From IMG/VR virus record IMGVR_UViG_3300042332_001447, positions 1 to 64,000 of that record: DNA of 64,000 bases, one strand, 5' to 3'. The first letter of the stretch is position 1. Each line of letters starts with the position of its first letter. Below, piece by piece: positions 49,112-59,353 of this stretch. The notes beneath the pieces are model-generated. The model saw nothing but the letters and a program-made list of their open reading frames with translations. It was not told the DNA's origin and did not search any database. The position numbers and the translations under genes were made by a program. This DNA comes from a virus.

Positions 49112-52100
49112 TTAAGTGTCGGGGAATAAATTTTTTGTTATAAGGTAATTAAAAGTGTTTTCTACAACTCCGGTTTCGCTATACCAATCTCTTTTACTAG
49201 ATAAATTATAGCTTAAAGCAGTGTATTCATTATTCCAATCTATTATATTTTCTATGTATACTGCATTACCTTCTATTTCTGTAGACGGGTAGACGGGAAC
49301 GTAATCATAAAATAAATAATTTACTGTTATTGGTTGTGCAAACCCTGTTCCGTCTAACGCTGTTAGCGGGTATACAGTTAGTCCTGATAATAACGGTATA
49401 GTTATTAGTGTGTAATCTGAACTAAATTTATTTTGTAAAAATATTTTCTTCCCCGCAGTTAATATAGCGGTTTCTGTGTTTAGAATTTTTCCAACACTCT
49501 TTGAGATAATAGGTATTGAATCTTTAACTCCGCGTATCTTTTCTTTAGGTACAGAAAAGAGGTCTAAAGCTTTTTTAATTTCTGCTGGAAGAGCGTGGGT
49601 GTATTCTATATTTTCTACATCTGTAGCGTTACAGTGAGATATAAGCTGCTCGACAGAACAAACGTCTAAATCCGCGTGCTGCGGTACAAAGCGAGCTATC
49701 CTTTCGTAAATCTTTTCACCTAAATCTTCGTTTACACTTGGTACACTATTACCTACAACTGCTCCAAAAAAATCATCAAATAAAAAATCATTACTTTTTA
49801 AGTGCTCAGGTAACGCCAGATCTTTATATTCTTTTGCCGTGTTAAAATTTTCATCTACTGTTTTTACTCTAAAACTGCTATTAAAATCGTACACAGTAAA
49901 AGGATCTGATACACCTGTTAAAAAAGCATCATCTGCTCCATATTTCTGTAACCACCTATTACCTGACCAATCACCAGTGGCTTGAGCTGATTTGTAATAT
50001 GGACTAGATAAAACAGTTGTTATTGCAGTTGTAATGTTAGGAGCGTAACCTATGATAGAATCTGGTAAGATCTTTATTTGTTTGCCTGTTAAGGTTGCTA
50101 TAGTTGTCGAGTCCGTGGTGAGTAAGTGAACTATATTTTTTTGAGAATCTATTACCCAGAGTCTATTGAGAGCGTCTATTGTGAGACCGCCTAGCTCTTC
50201 ATCTTCGGAAATGTATAGATCTATATTAGGGTTAGGTATAGGTATCTGTTTAAAACTATCTAATATTCCGTTTGACGTTAACGTCCAGGAAGAAGTCGCA
50301 TACGTAGTTGAGTCTATATAACCTAATTCTCTAAACCCGTGTGTAAACCACGCATTTGCATCTTTATCTAGCATTATATAACTCGGTCTCGAAAACCCGG
50401 TTATAGTGTTTACAAGAGTGCCGTCACTCTTGTAGTATTGTATATTACCCCCCGTTGGAGTGGAGTGCATGGTGTTTGTCACCCATACTCCATTGGACGG
50501 AGAAACAGCAACTCCTACAGGTATGCTGTTTATCGGTAAGTCGATTTTATATAACACGCTACCGAACTGATCGTATTTAAAAAGAGCACTACATAAGGGC
50601 TGAGCGTAAGTTACCCATATGTTGTTAAGTTTATCTGTTTCTGCAACTGGGGGTTTAAAAAGCCACTCATCTTCCTGTATAATATTGTACCCGTCATTCG
50701 GGCATGCAGCTAAAAGATAATTAAAATCTTTATCAAATTTAAGCACAGATACTGAATTAAAAAGCGTAATCCATATATTGTAGTTTTTATCTATACTCAA
50801 ATAACTAGGAGTTAACGCAATATCTTCCTGATAACCTATAGCTAGCGTACTACCGGTGCTTGTAACTATACCTGAACCGTTAGAGAGTGTTAGTCCGCCG
50901 CTTGATATTCTTAATTTTAAAGCACTAAGTAGAACTCCAGAGCTATTATATTTATAAATCGTATCACTCTCTGCATCTGCAGCTAATAGGTCTTGCTCTC
51001 TTATATCAACTGCTAAACCATAGACACCTGAAAAACCAGTGAGATTATAATTTTCTGTGCTCGTGGAGGATATAAGCGGTACTCTTGTTGTAAGCATCGC
51101 ACCATCAACCAAAGATCCGTTATTTTTTGCAGCTTTTATTGCGGAACAACTCTCTGTGTACGGTACAACCGTAACTCTATGAAGAGTGTTCGATTCAGGG
51201 TTCGATACCCATGTGTAGGTTGGTATACTGTAACCAAACGGTTTGGAGAATTTTGTAGCTGTTAAATTTAGATTAGAGGTTACTGTTGCAATAACCGCGG
51301 TATTAGTTACGGGTTCTAAAGGTATAATATCTGCATAAACATATCCGCCTGTATACGAGCCGTTTGCATCTGTAGATTGAAAATGTATAGATGGTTGAAC
51401 AACTTTATACGCAGAAGCTGGTACTCCTTGTAAGGACAAATCAACACTCGTTTTCAACCCTCTAGCGTTTGTGCCTGGGTGAGAGTATAAAATACCAGAT
51501 TGACCAGCAGATAACTGTACTTGATCTGTTAAGTGACTGTGAGATGTTATTAATACCGGTATTTTTTTATTAACCCATTTTACAGGGTGTACCTTATCTA
51601 AATAGTTACCAGTGACTTTGAGATAATCAGGTGGCACTGGGTTAACCTGCCATAATATAGTGGTGTATGTAACTTTACTGTTAGCAAAGCTAGGGTATAT
51701 ATACCTCGGAGAATCAGTAGGATTGTAGAAACTTGACGGTAAGAGTGTTAGAGTGAGCATTAGTGCACAATCTCCGTTAAGAGGATCGACGCCTAGATCA
51801 TCTATATAATAAAATTCTGCAGTACCTGTAGATCCTACTATCTTAGAATTACAATAAACAGGTGTCGTTTTGACAGGTAATTCAGTTATTATTTGATGAT
51901 TTGAATCTGTGAATCTCCAAGTAGGAACTAAAAATTCCCATTTTTTGGAAACAAAATTATACGGGGTAGAGTTTGAATTAGAGGAAAATAACTGTATATG
52001 TAGAGTATCGCTAATTTGGGCAGAAGTAACTGAAACTACAAACGGTTTCGTAGTTGGTATACCTGGTTTAGAGAATGTCGGGGGTATTTGAGTAATTTCT

Positions 52101-52372
52101 ATTAAATCTCTAATAAAATAATCCGCGGTAACGGATAAAACACTCGTACTCTGTTGCCCGCTTGAGTCTGTAGCTTGTAACTGTACGTTGTAGATGCCCG
52201 GGTAGGTGTAGGTATGAGTAACCGCATTGGTGTTATACGTAACATTACCGTCTCCGAGGTCCCAAAAATAGTTAACAACTGGTAGAGTGCTTACCGTTGT
52301 ATCTGTAAACACAAAATCAGTACAACCAACAATACCTGTAGTAAAATTTGCACTAAAGTTAGCAGCAATCAT
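49112..52372 (-). CDS. PKD plus beta-propeller (NHL-like) baseplate-associated protein
   Basis: WDLGDG..HTYTYPGIYNVQL; repeated D..NIWVT propeller blades; follows the gp6-like gene. Confidence 0.7.
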   Translation of the reverse strand: MIAANFSANFTTGIVGCTDFVFTDTTVSTLPVVNYFWDLGDGNVTYNTNAVTHTYTYPGIYNVQLQATDSSGQQSTSVLSVTADYFIRDLIEITQIPPTFSKPGIPTTKPFVVSVTSAQISDTLHIQLFSSNSNSTPYNFVSKKWEFLVPTWRFTDSNHQIITELPVKTTPVYCNSKIVGSTGTAEFYYIDDLGVDPLNGDCALMLTLTLLPSSFYNPTDSPRYIYPSFANSKVTYTTILWQVNPVPPDYLKVTGNYLDKVHPVKWVNKKIPVLITSHSHLTDQVQLSAGQSGILYSHPGTNARGLKTSVDLSLQGVPASAYKVVQPSIHFQSTDANGSYTGGYVYADIIPLEPVTNTAVIATVTSNLNLTATKFSKPFGYSIPTYTWVSNPESNTLHRVTVVPYTESCSAIKAAKNNGSLVDGAMLTTRVPLISSTSTENYNLTGFSGVYGLAVDIREQDLLAADAESDTIYKYNSSGVLLSALKLRISSGGLTLSNGSGIVTSTGSTLAIGYQEDIALTPSYLSIDKNYNIWITLFNSVSVLKFDKDFNYLLAACPNDGYNIIQEDEWLFKPPVAETDKLNNIWVTYAQPLCSALFKYDQFGSVLYKIDLPINSIPVGVAVSPSNGVWVTNTMHSTPTGGNIQYYKSDGTLVNTITGFSRPSYIMLDKDANAWFTHGFRELGYIDSTTYATSSWTLTSNGILDSFKQIPIPNPNIDLYISEDEELGGLTIDALNRLWVIDSQKNIVHLLTTDSTTIATLTGKQIKILPDSIIGYAPNITTAITTVLSSPYYKSAQATGDWSGNRWLQKYGADDAFLTGVSDPFTVYDFNSSFRVKTVDENFNTAKEYKDLALPEHLKSNDFLFDDFFGAVVGNSVPSVNEDLGEKIYERIARFVPQHADLDVCSVEQLISHCNATDVENIEYTHALPAEIKKALDLFSVPKEKIRGVKDSIPIISKSVGKILNTETAILTAGKKIFLQNKFSSDYTLITIPLLSGLTVYPLTALDGTGFAQPITVNYLFYDYVPVYPSTEIEGNAVYIENIIDWNNEYTALSYNLSSKRDWYSETGVVENTFNYLITKNLFPDT

Positions 52373-52374
52373 AA

Positions 52375-54195
52375 TTAATATTCTACTTGCTCAAAAGAAC
52401 CAAACGATGAGTTAACCTGTATTCTTGTGTGTAGATTTTCTAAGTCGTGGAAAAACGGGTATTCAAAATATTGCATTAAAACATCATTTCTTGTTACTTG
52501 TATATCATTCTCTGGATAAGACGGGTTCCATATTAAAAACGATACACCATCTACTGATTCACCTGTGTCATCTCTAACTGTCTTAACTTCACCGACTCCT
52601 GGTATGTCCTTTATACCTTGATTTATTTCTCTTAAGTTAATAGTTTGCCCTAACCTTGTATCTACTCTGTTAAAGTATTTTTTTATAAATTCGACGACAT
52701 CATTCACGATCATATCATCATTTACTCGTATATTTGGAGATTTACGAATTACAAGTTTACAAATATCTCCATCAATAGACGCTATATCCGTATCAGATGA
52801 TTGTACACCAAAGCTTACTGCTTTATATACAGGGTCTACAAACGTTGTTTCAGTAGTAGCCATCTTGGTACTCAACATAGAGGAAGTTATTAATTCTTTC
52901 TGGGCAGGAGTTAAATAGTTGTAATTATTATTAACTGTTGCTCTAGGCACTATAATGAGGTATACATTATTAAAACTACAACTATCCGCATATAAGACTT
53001 GATTAAGAAGCGCTCTATCTGTTGCATAGGGAGCATTTAAACCTATATCATAGAAATATTTCATATAGCCAGAAGCGTAGGACCAATTATTTACAGCTTT
53101 GACATCAGATATTAAATTCGTAAAATTAGCTTTTACAAAAACTTCATAATCGTTTACTGTTACTAGTCTGTACTGGCTTCGATAGACTGCTGGTGCAAGT
53201 TGCCTTATATCGTCAGCAGTCTCTGGTTCTTTAGGTAAAGTCGAGCTTGCTGCGTTTTTAATTAAAAAGCTTGGTAATTCGTTAGATTCAAGATATGTGA
53301 GCTTTTCGTTATTAACATCATTAATGATACTATCGTACTGTGGTGTATTATATCTTCTAAGCTCAGATGTAGTAAACTCTTCACCTACCACTCCACTGTC
53401 GCCGTCACTTACAAGGTAGTAAATAGCAACTATATCTCCTTCCTTTAAACTCTTACCGTTGATATCGTTACCGAATTTTAATTCGTATCTTTTATTACTG
53501 TTAAATCTTATTTCAAATTTTTCTGCTAAACCATCTTCAAGGTAAAGATTAGTTGTTTTACGGTATTGCTTCCACAGTCCAGTTTGGACAGATTTTACAT
53601 AAACATCAATATTGAAATGATCTACTTTATTGTCTGTGGTGTTTATAATTAAAATTTCATTACCTTCCCCGGTTGCAACATACTGGGGATATTCTTGATA
53701 CTGACCTTGAAAAAGAAGTTTAAGTCTTGATAGTTCTAATAGCTCCTCTGTTGTACCGCTAACAGTCTTAACAACTGATATATCTTCATTAAATGAATAC
53801 GCTATACCGTTCATGTTAACAGTGGTATAGCGAGGTATTGCGTAAATACCTTGTGGTAAATTGCTTACTGAAACTGAAATAGATAAAGTGGATGTTTGAA
53901 AGCCGATGGGGTTATAATCTAGAAGTTTAACAATACGATTCATGTTCTCGTATAATTGACTTTCTGTGAACATCGATTCCGTTGATGTTTTGTTGAGATA
54001 GTAGATAAGAGTGTGAAAAGAGTAAGCTACTATATCTATAATTGAAGCTAAATTACTACCTATAAAATTTTGATCTGTAAAAACTTTTTGTTCGTTGAGT
54101 CTACTTACTATTAGCTGTCTTAAAGATAGTGCGTCAAACGCAACGTAACCATCCTTTGGTATACTATAAACGCTGGAATCTGTTATATTACTCAT
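52375..54195 (-). CDS. gp6: Baseplate wedge subunit (T4 gp6-like)
   Basis: FDALSLR..FTDQNFIGSNLASIIDIVAY; LKFGNDINGK; ETADDIRQLAP..QYRLVTVNDY. Confidence 0.85.
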   Translation of the reverse strand: MSNITDSSVYSIPKDGYVAFDALSLRQLIVSRLNEQKVFTDQNFIGSNLASIIDIVAYSFHTLIYYLNKTSTESMFTESQLYENMNRIVKLLDYNPIGFQTSTLSISVSVSNLPQGIYAIPRYTTVNMNGIAYSFNEDISVVKTVSGTTEELLELSRLKLLFQGQYQEYPQYVATGEGNEILIINTTDNKVDHFNIDVYVKSVQTGLWKQYRKTTNLYLEDGLAEKFEIRFNSNKRYELKFGNDINGKSLKEGDIVAIYYLVSDGDSGVVGEEFTTSELRRYNTPQYDSIINDVNNEKLTYLESNELPSFLIKNAASSTLPKEPETADDIRQLAPAVYRSQYRLVTVNDYEVFVKANFTNLISDVKAVNNWSYASGYMKYFYDIGLNAPYATDRALLNQVLYADSCSFNNVYLIIVPRATVNNNYNYLTPAQKELITSSMLSTKMATTETTFVDPVYKAVSFGVQSSDTDIASIDGDICKLVIRKSPNIRVNDDMIVNDVVEFIKKYFNRVDTRLGQTINLREINQGIKDIPGVGEVKTVRDDTGESVDGVSFLIWNPSYPENDIQVTRNDVLMQYFEYPFFHDLENLHTRIQVNSSFGSFEQVEY

Positions 54196-54198
54196 ATA

Positions 54199-54702
54199 TT
54201 ACTTAGTTAATGTATCTGTAGATAGGGATATAAAGCTTTGCTCTTTCGTATCTATTGCAAAGCTTGATTTTATAAATTGACTTAAAATTCTTATAGTGTA
54301 GTAAACATCAATTATATATGTATTATCGTCAGGTATTGCTGTAATTTCTATATTTTCAACATTGATTCGTGGTTCATACTTCTCTATACCATGAAGAATA
54401 GCATTACCGATAGCGTCGCCATTAGTCTCGTTAATCTGTACAAAAACATATTTTAAAAGATCTACCCCATATTCAGGAAATAAAAATCTCTGCCCAGGTC
54501 TTGTATTAAAGAGATTTAGTAGGGAGTTTGAAATAGCTTTAGCATCTAAACTTACCTGTATATCTTTACCGGGTACGGATTTACTAAATCCGCTTTTAAG
54601 TGTTTTTTCTAAACCAATATCTAATGACAAATCCTTATACACGTACTGCTTGACACTGTACTGTTCAGAAAGATCTTTAAGAGATTTAACTTTGATTGCC
54701 AT
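54199..54702 (-). CDS. gp25: Baseplate wedge subunit (gp25-like)
   Basis: AISNSLLNLFNTRPGQRFLFPEYG...IEKYEPRI. Confidence 0.88.
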   Translation of the reverse strand: MAIKVKSLKDLSEQYSVKQYVYKDLSLDIGLEKTLKSGFSKSVPGKDIQVSLDAKAISNSLLNLFNTRPGQRFLFPEYGVDLLKYVFVQINETNGDAIGNAILHGIEKYEPRINVENIEITAIPDDNTYIIDVYYTIRILSQFIKSSFAIDTKEQSFISLSTDTLTK

Positions 54703-54792
54703 GTATAATAATTAAGCAAAAAAATTTGAACTGTAAGTAATTTGTTTCGTGAAGTTTGTTGGGTTCTGGCATAAATATAATACATACGTAAT

Positions 54793-55353
54793 ATGAAAAT
54801 GAACTTTAATGCCCTATATAATAAAATGCTTTCAGAGCATGTACTGGAAAGAGATCAACAAGGCGGATTTCAACTCGGGGATAGAGTCGTTTTCAAAAAA
54901 GACTGGCAAAAAAATAACTATTTTGACGGTAAAGGTGCAAGTTTTCTTGAAACTATAAAGAGCTGTAGCTCGCCAGGGTTTGACTTACCGCTACGTATAA
55001 GTTCTTTTACAACATTAAAACCTACTAGTCTTCAAGATGTGGGTTACGGTAAAGTAAGTACTACAGGAATATTGGTTGATATTGTAATTGAGTACGCTCC
55101 AGGGCTCTTCCGCAACCCAATGACTGTTCCTATCGAAGTTCTCGAGAGACAAGATGATGGTATAAATACAGGGCCACGTGTTGCTAGCTGGACTCGTAAA
55201 TCGAGAGTTCACAGCCCTGAAGAAATTAAAGCAAAAGGTGCAGAAAATTTTGATGTAAATCTTATAAACAAAAATACTGTCTTACCTACAGCTACAAAAT
55301 CTCGAGACGATACTAAGCCGTCTAAAAACTGGAAACCTTTTCCGACTAAGTGA
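54793..55353 (+). CDS. Hypothetical protein
   Basis: 186 aa, CATAAATA upstream. Confidence 0.6.
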   Translation: MKMNFNALYNKMLSEHVLERDQQGGFQLGDRVVFKKDWQKNNYFDGKGASFLETIKSCSSPGFDLPLRISSFTTLKPTSLQDVGYGKVSTTGILVDIVIEYAPGLFRNPMTVPIEVLERQDDGINTGPRVASWTRKSRVHSPEEIKAKGAENFDVNLINKNTVLPTATKSRDDTKPSKNWKPFPTK

Positions 55354-55404
55354 ACTACCGATTAACTAAAGATCTCCTAATCTCTGAGAGTAGGCTTTCT
55401 TATT

Positions 55405-56097
55405 TTAACTTATTTTCCAAAATTCAGCCTGTCCACCTAAACTCGTTAAAACGGTGTTTGTGTTGCTAGCTTTTTGCTGTACTCCGTAAACGGTGCTTGT
55501 TGATGTTACTTTTATCGTACCTTCTAGTGTTAAATGATGAGTGGTATGTTGCAATGGTGTATTAGATGCACTCCCCGCATTTGTCATATTATCAAGCATA
55601 GGGGTAAATTTTATAAATTTAACTGCTGTGCCTTCAACAAACTGCACGGTTGTTGTATAGTATAACCCGCTCGTGTACACTAAGTTATCTTTGAGATGAC
55701 AGGGAAGATGAATTTTACATTGATATACACCTGTAGATTTAAAGTTAAAATTACCTGATCCTTGATTATTAATAAAAGAAATAGATGTTTCTTCTAAACC
55801 ACTGTACACTCTGTTTTGAAATGTTGTTCCAATACTTACATTTGCTGAAGCTAGATTTTCATAAAGTCTAGCGTAAGGGTAGCTTCCGAGATTATTCATA
55901 ACAATAGTATTTAATGCATTTAAACTAGCGGATAGTGAAGAAATTTTTGTTTGTAGTGCTATATCAGTAGCATCAAAATGATTAAAGTTTGCATTAATAA
56001 CATCTAAAGAATCTCCCATGCACCATTCTTGATAAATTCTATACGGTACATTAGGATATGGAGTTGAAGGTAGGACTGTCGTGTTAAAAAGAGCCAT
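55405..56097 (-). CDS. Short fibre-like protein
   Basis: CMGDSLDVINANF motif shared with 31849-33159. Confidence 0.55.
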   Translation of the reverse strand: MALFNTTVLPSTPYPNVPYRIYQEWCMGDSLDVINANFNHFDATDIALQTKISSLSASLNALNTIVMNNLGSYPYARLYENLASANVSIGTTFQNRVYSGLEETSISFINNQGSGNFNFKSTGVYQCKIHLPCHLKDNLVYTSGLYYTTTVQFVEGTAVKFIKFTPMLDNMTNAGSASNTPLQHTTHHLTLEGTIKVTSTSTVYGVQQKASNTNTVLTSLGGQAEFWKIS

Positions 56098-56116
56098 AAG
56101 AATTTATATATTATAT

Positions 56117-56638
56117 TTATTCGTTAATTTCTGTTATGGATGTGTCTATAACTTGTATATCCTCTAATTGATCTACTTTTTGTACAATATCATCTTGTAT
56201 TAGTGCTTTAAACATCTCACTCCTTGAAGCTATAACTACATTAGTATTATTAACAGTGTTTGTACCTGGTAACAGAGCTGCAACTTCTTTTCTATTTTCA
56301 AGCTCCATTATTTTAAGTTCTTTTGTAGCTTCGTTTTTCTTTTTAAGTAAAACCATTTTATTTAAAGCTTCTATAGCTCCTGTTGTAGAGGTAATCAAAC
56401 TCGCTAAAGCATCTATTTCATCGGGGTTTTGACCCTGTACTATATAATCTCTTAAATCAGATACAGAATCTAGCCCTGCATTAATTAATGCTTCAGAGCT
56501 TTTAATGACAAAGTCAGTTACGTTGTCTTCGGTTATCTCGGTTTTTCTTGTTTCTCTGGTTCTAGGAACCGTAATAGGTGGAAAGTTAAACCCTGAAAGC
56601 TCGTCGAGTAAAGTATCTAAACCATCATTCTCTGTCAT
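56117..56638 (-). CDS. Possible terminase small subunit (gp16-like)
   Basis: Helical core and C-terminal TVNNTNVVIASRSEMFK resemble T4-like gp16 tails. Confidence 0.45.
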   Translation of the reverse strand: MTENDGLDTLLDELSGFNFPPITVPRTRETRKTEITEDNVTDFVIKSSEALINAGLDSVSDLRDYIVQGQNPDEIDALASLITSTTGAIEALNKMVLLKKKNEATKELKIMELENRKEVAALLPGTNTVNNTNVVIASRSEMFKALIQDDIVQKVDQLEDIQVIDTSITEINE

Positions 56639-56696
56639 TTAAGTACTTATATCTTTTGAGTTGAAAAATCCTCTCTCTAATGTAATATAGTATCGT

Positions 56697-56861
56697 ATGA
56701 ACATAACTATTCAAACTAGAGAAGGTACGTTTATCGTACCACCTGAAAAACAAGACCAACTCGTTGCTTGGCTATCTGCTAACGCAGTAAAAGTAGGGCA
56801 ACAGACTGTTGGTGAAATTAGAGAACCAAACTTCACTGGTAGACAATTTATTACCGAATAG
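56697..56861 (+). CDS. Small 54-aa protein not in the ORF track (MNITIQTREGTFIVPPEKQ...)
   Basis: Fills the intergenic gap; TTGAAA and TAATAT/TATAGT promoter-like sequence just upstream. Confidence 0.6.
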   Translation: MNITIQTREGTFIVPPEKQDQLVAWLSANAVKVGQQTVGEIREPNFTGRQFITE

Positions 56862-56862
56862 T

Positions 56863-57654
56863 TCATCTATGCTTTTTTGTTTTCCATATACCTGTTTGCA
56901 GATAAGATAGAGCGTTATTTCTTCTCGTTTTAAGCATCTGTTGCACATTAGGGTGTTGGCTTTTTGTTTTTAAAAAAATTAAAAATTCTTGCTCTGTCAT
57001 ATTTGCTAATTTTAAATCTCCTTTTTTGCCGTTTTGATTACCCTTTAGCTTATCAGATGTAATTCTTCGACCTTCATTATTTTCTTTTGTTTTACCTAAA
57101 TGTTGTTTTCTTATTTTTTCATTAATTTGATCGCGATATTTTGTTTGAGTTTCTTTAGAGCGTATAAGAGCAATTAACGGCAATCTTTTACCTTTCATTC
57201 TTTCACTATGTTCCTTATCAGCTCTAATTCTTATTAAAGATCTGCCTTTTTTGTATTTTGTTTCAGCGCCTCTCTTTTGAGCTTCTGTGCGCTGATCTCC
57301 TTTTAAAAATACTTTGTAGTGAGATATTCTGTATTGTTCTGGGGTATAAATTGCGCTCACAGTTGTCCATTTAGCATTACCATTAATACGGTTGTAAAAT
57401 TTTGGGTTATTTGACGCGTTAACTTTATGTAAGTATTTTTCTTCAGCCGTAATAGCTTCTTTTTCTGTTTCATAATATCTAACAATAGTTTTTTTAAAAA
57501 ACTGTATTCCGTACTTTTGTATATCTTCTTTAAGATATTTACTACTACTGTAATAATTACCATTATCTTTTTTAATTGTTTTATATCCAAAATAAAATTT
57601 AGGTCCTGGCAATTTATTATTTCTAACTATAATATAGGTGTATGCTTTCATCAC
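56863..57654 (-). CDS. Free-standing GIY-YIG homing endonuclease (Seg-like)
   Basis: YTYII...YFG, YYSSSKYL..DIQKYG, EAITAEE, FYNR; basic C-terminal region. Confidence 0.8.
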   Translation of the reverse strand: MMKAYTYIIVRNNKLPGPKFYFGYKTIKKDNGNYYSSSKYLKEDIQKYGIQFFKKTIVRYYETEKEAITAEEKYLHKVNASNNPKFYNRINGNAKWTTVSAIYTPEQYRISHYKVFLKGDQRTEAQKRGAETKYKKGRSLIRIRADKEHSERMKGKRLPLIALIRSKETQTKYRDQINEKIRKQHLGKTKENNEGRRITSDKLKGNQNGKKGDLKLANMTEQEFLIFLKTKSQHPNVQQMLKTRRNNALSYLQTGIWKTKKHR

Positions 57655-58124
57655 ATAATACTTATAACACCTCGGTAGACATTATTAACAATAAAAAACC
57701 GTCTATAAAGTTTGCTAAAACTCACAAAGACGCGCATTTACCTTCAAGAGCACATGAAACTGATACAGGTTACGATTTATATTGTGTTGAAGATATTACG
57801 ATAAAATCACGATTTCATGGTGTTGTACCTGTGGGGTTACAAGTTGCAGATATTACTCCGGGGTATTGGTATCTCATCTTACCAAGAAGCGGTCTTGGGT
57901 TTAAACATCAATTACAGCCACATCTTGGCGTTATAGATTCAGGGTATCGGGGTTCTTTAGACGTACAGATTTATAATTTTAGTGATAAAGACTATACCTT
58001 TATAAAGGGTGACAGAGTTGCACAACTAGCTTTTTATCCTCTTATTAGCATGGAAACTTCATTTATTGAAGAGGTAATACCTGCTGATAGAGGTAATAAA
58101 GGTCTTGGATCATCTGGTAAATGA
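57642..58124 (+). CDS. dut: dUTPase (trimeric)
   Basis: TGYDL, PRSGLG, GVIDSGYRG, GDRVAQ, RGNKGLGSSG. Confidence 0.95.
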   Translation: MLSSHNTYNTSVDIINNKKPSIKFAKTHKDAHLPSRAHETDTGYDLYCVEDITIKSRFHGVVPVGLQVADITPGYWYLILPRSGLGFKHQLQPHLGVIDSGYRGSLDVQIYNFSDKDYTFIKGDRVAQLAFYPLISMETSFIEEVIPADRGNKGLGSSGK

Positions 58125-58133
58125 TGGTATAAT
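58105..58133 (+). promoter_or_regulatory. Sigma70-like promoter TTGGAT-N17-TATAAT with extended TGn
   Basis: -10 ends 6 nt before ATG at 58140. Confidence 0.6.
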
Positions 58134-58139
58134 ATATGC

Positions 58140-59069
58140 ATGTTTACTGAACTTTTTGTAGAGCGTTACAGGCCAAAAAAACTCGAAGACCTTGTCTTAA
58201 GTGACGAAGATCTAAATTTTTTTACATCTTTAAAAGATAAAAAAGAAATACCTAATTTACTTTTTGCAGGTTCCCCTGGTACAGGTAAAACAAGTCTCGC
58301 TAAAATTATTGTTAATGATATTTTAAAGTGTCAGTATCTTTATATTAACGCGTCTGATGAGAACGGGATTGACACTATAAGAAATAAAGTTATCGGGTTC
58401 TCACAGACTAAGTCCTTTGATGGTGGTATTAAGATAGTACTACTTGATGAGGCAGATTCTATATCACTAGAAGGATCAAAGGCTCTTCGAAATGTTATCG
58501 AGGAATATTCTGAAAATACGAGATTTATATTTACGTGTAACTACCTCTTTAAGATAATACCCGCACTGCAATCAAGATGTCAGATTTTTAATCTTGTTCC
58601 TCCTCTCGATAAAGTCATCGGTAGAGTTGTGTCTATCCTCAAACAAGAAAATATTAATGTACCTGTTGAAGAGAAGCCTAAATTACTTGAATTAATTCGC
58701 TCTGGTTACCCAGATATACGGAGAATTGTAAACGACTTGCAAAAATTTTCTTTTACTGGTACACTACATATTAGTAGTAATAGAGCGAAGAGTGTCGCTG
58801 ATAAGGTAATACAAAAACTTAACGATAAAATTAATATTACCGATATACGTAAATATGTTATTGAATCAGAACAAGATTTCTCAGGGGACTATATGCAACT
58901 TCTAAAAGAAATGTTTGAGTGCGTGTATAACCTACCAGATTCCTTTGTTACTAAAGGAATCTGGTTATTAACCATATCTGAAGCTCTTTACAGAGATGCA
59001 ATTGTAATTGATAAAGAAATAAACTGGTTTAGCTGCTGTTTACGTCTTAGCGGCCACAGCATCGTTTAG
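58140..59069 (+). CDS. gp44: Sliding clamp loader AAA+ subunit (T4 gp44/RFC-like)
   Basis: FVERYRP, GSPGTGKT, INASDENGID, LLDEAD, ALQSRC. Confidence 0.92.
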   Translation: MFTELFVERYRPKKLEDLVLSDEDLNFFTSLKDKKEIPNLLFAGSPGTGKTSLAKIIVNDILKCQYLYINASDENGIDTIRNKVIGFSQTKSFDGGIKIVLLDEADSISLEGSKALRNVIEEYSENTRFIFTCNYLFKIIPALQSRCQIFNLVPPLDKVIGRVVSILKQENINVPVEEKPKLLELIRSGYPDIRRIVNDLQKFSFTGTLHISSNRAKSVADKVIQKLNDKINITDIRKYVIESEQDFSGDYMQLLKEMFECVYNLPDSFVTKGIWLLTISEALYRDAIVIDKEINWFSCCLRLSGHSIV

Positions 59070-59322
59070 GCGGAGTAAACTCTGGAGCCGGAGTTGCTAC
59101 TGTTTCAGTAGCTGGTGCTTGAAAAGTAGTTGTATTTGTAATATTTTGTTGCAGCACTGTTTCATTAGATGTATTTTGCAAAAAGCTGTTAACATCTGTA
59201 ATAGCATCAGAATGACTGCCATATCCTACAGTACGATACACTGCTTGGTTAGAAGTTGTATCATGTACAGTACCGAAGAATTGACTGTCAACACGTTCAA
59301 TAGAAGTAAAATAATTTTTCAT
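59047..59322 (-). CDS. Hypothetical protein ending RCCGR
   Basis: 91 aa, TAAATA upstream. Confidence 0.55.
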   Translation of the reverse strand: MKNYFTSIERVDSQFFGTVHDTTSNQAVYRTVGYGSHSDAITDVNSFLQNTSNETVLQQNITNTTTFQAPATETVATPAPEFTPPKRCCGR

Positions 59323-59353
59323 ATAAAATAATATTTATTTCAAGTAATGTGAA

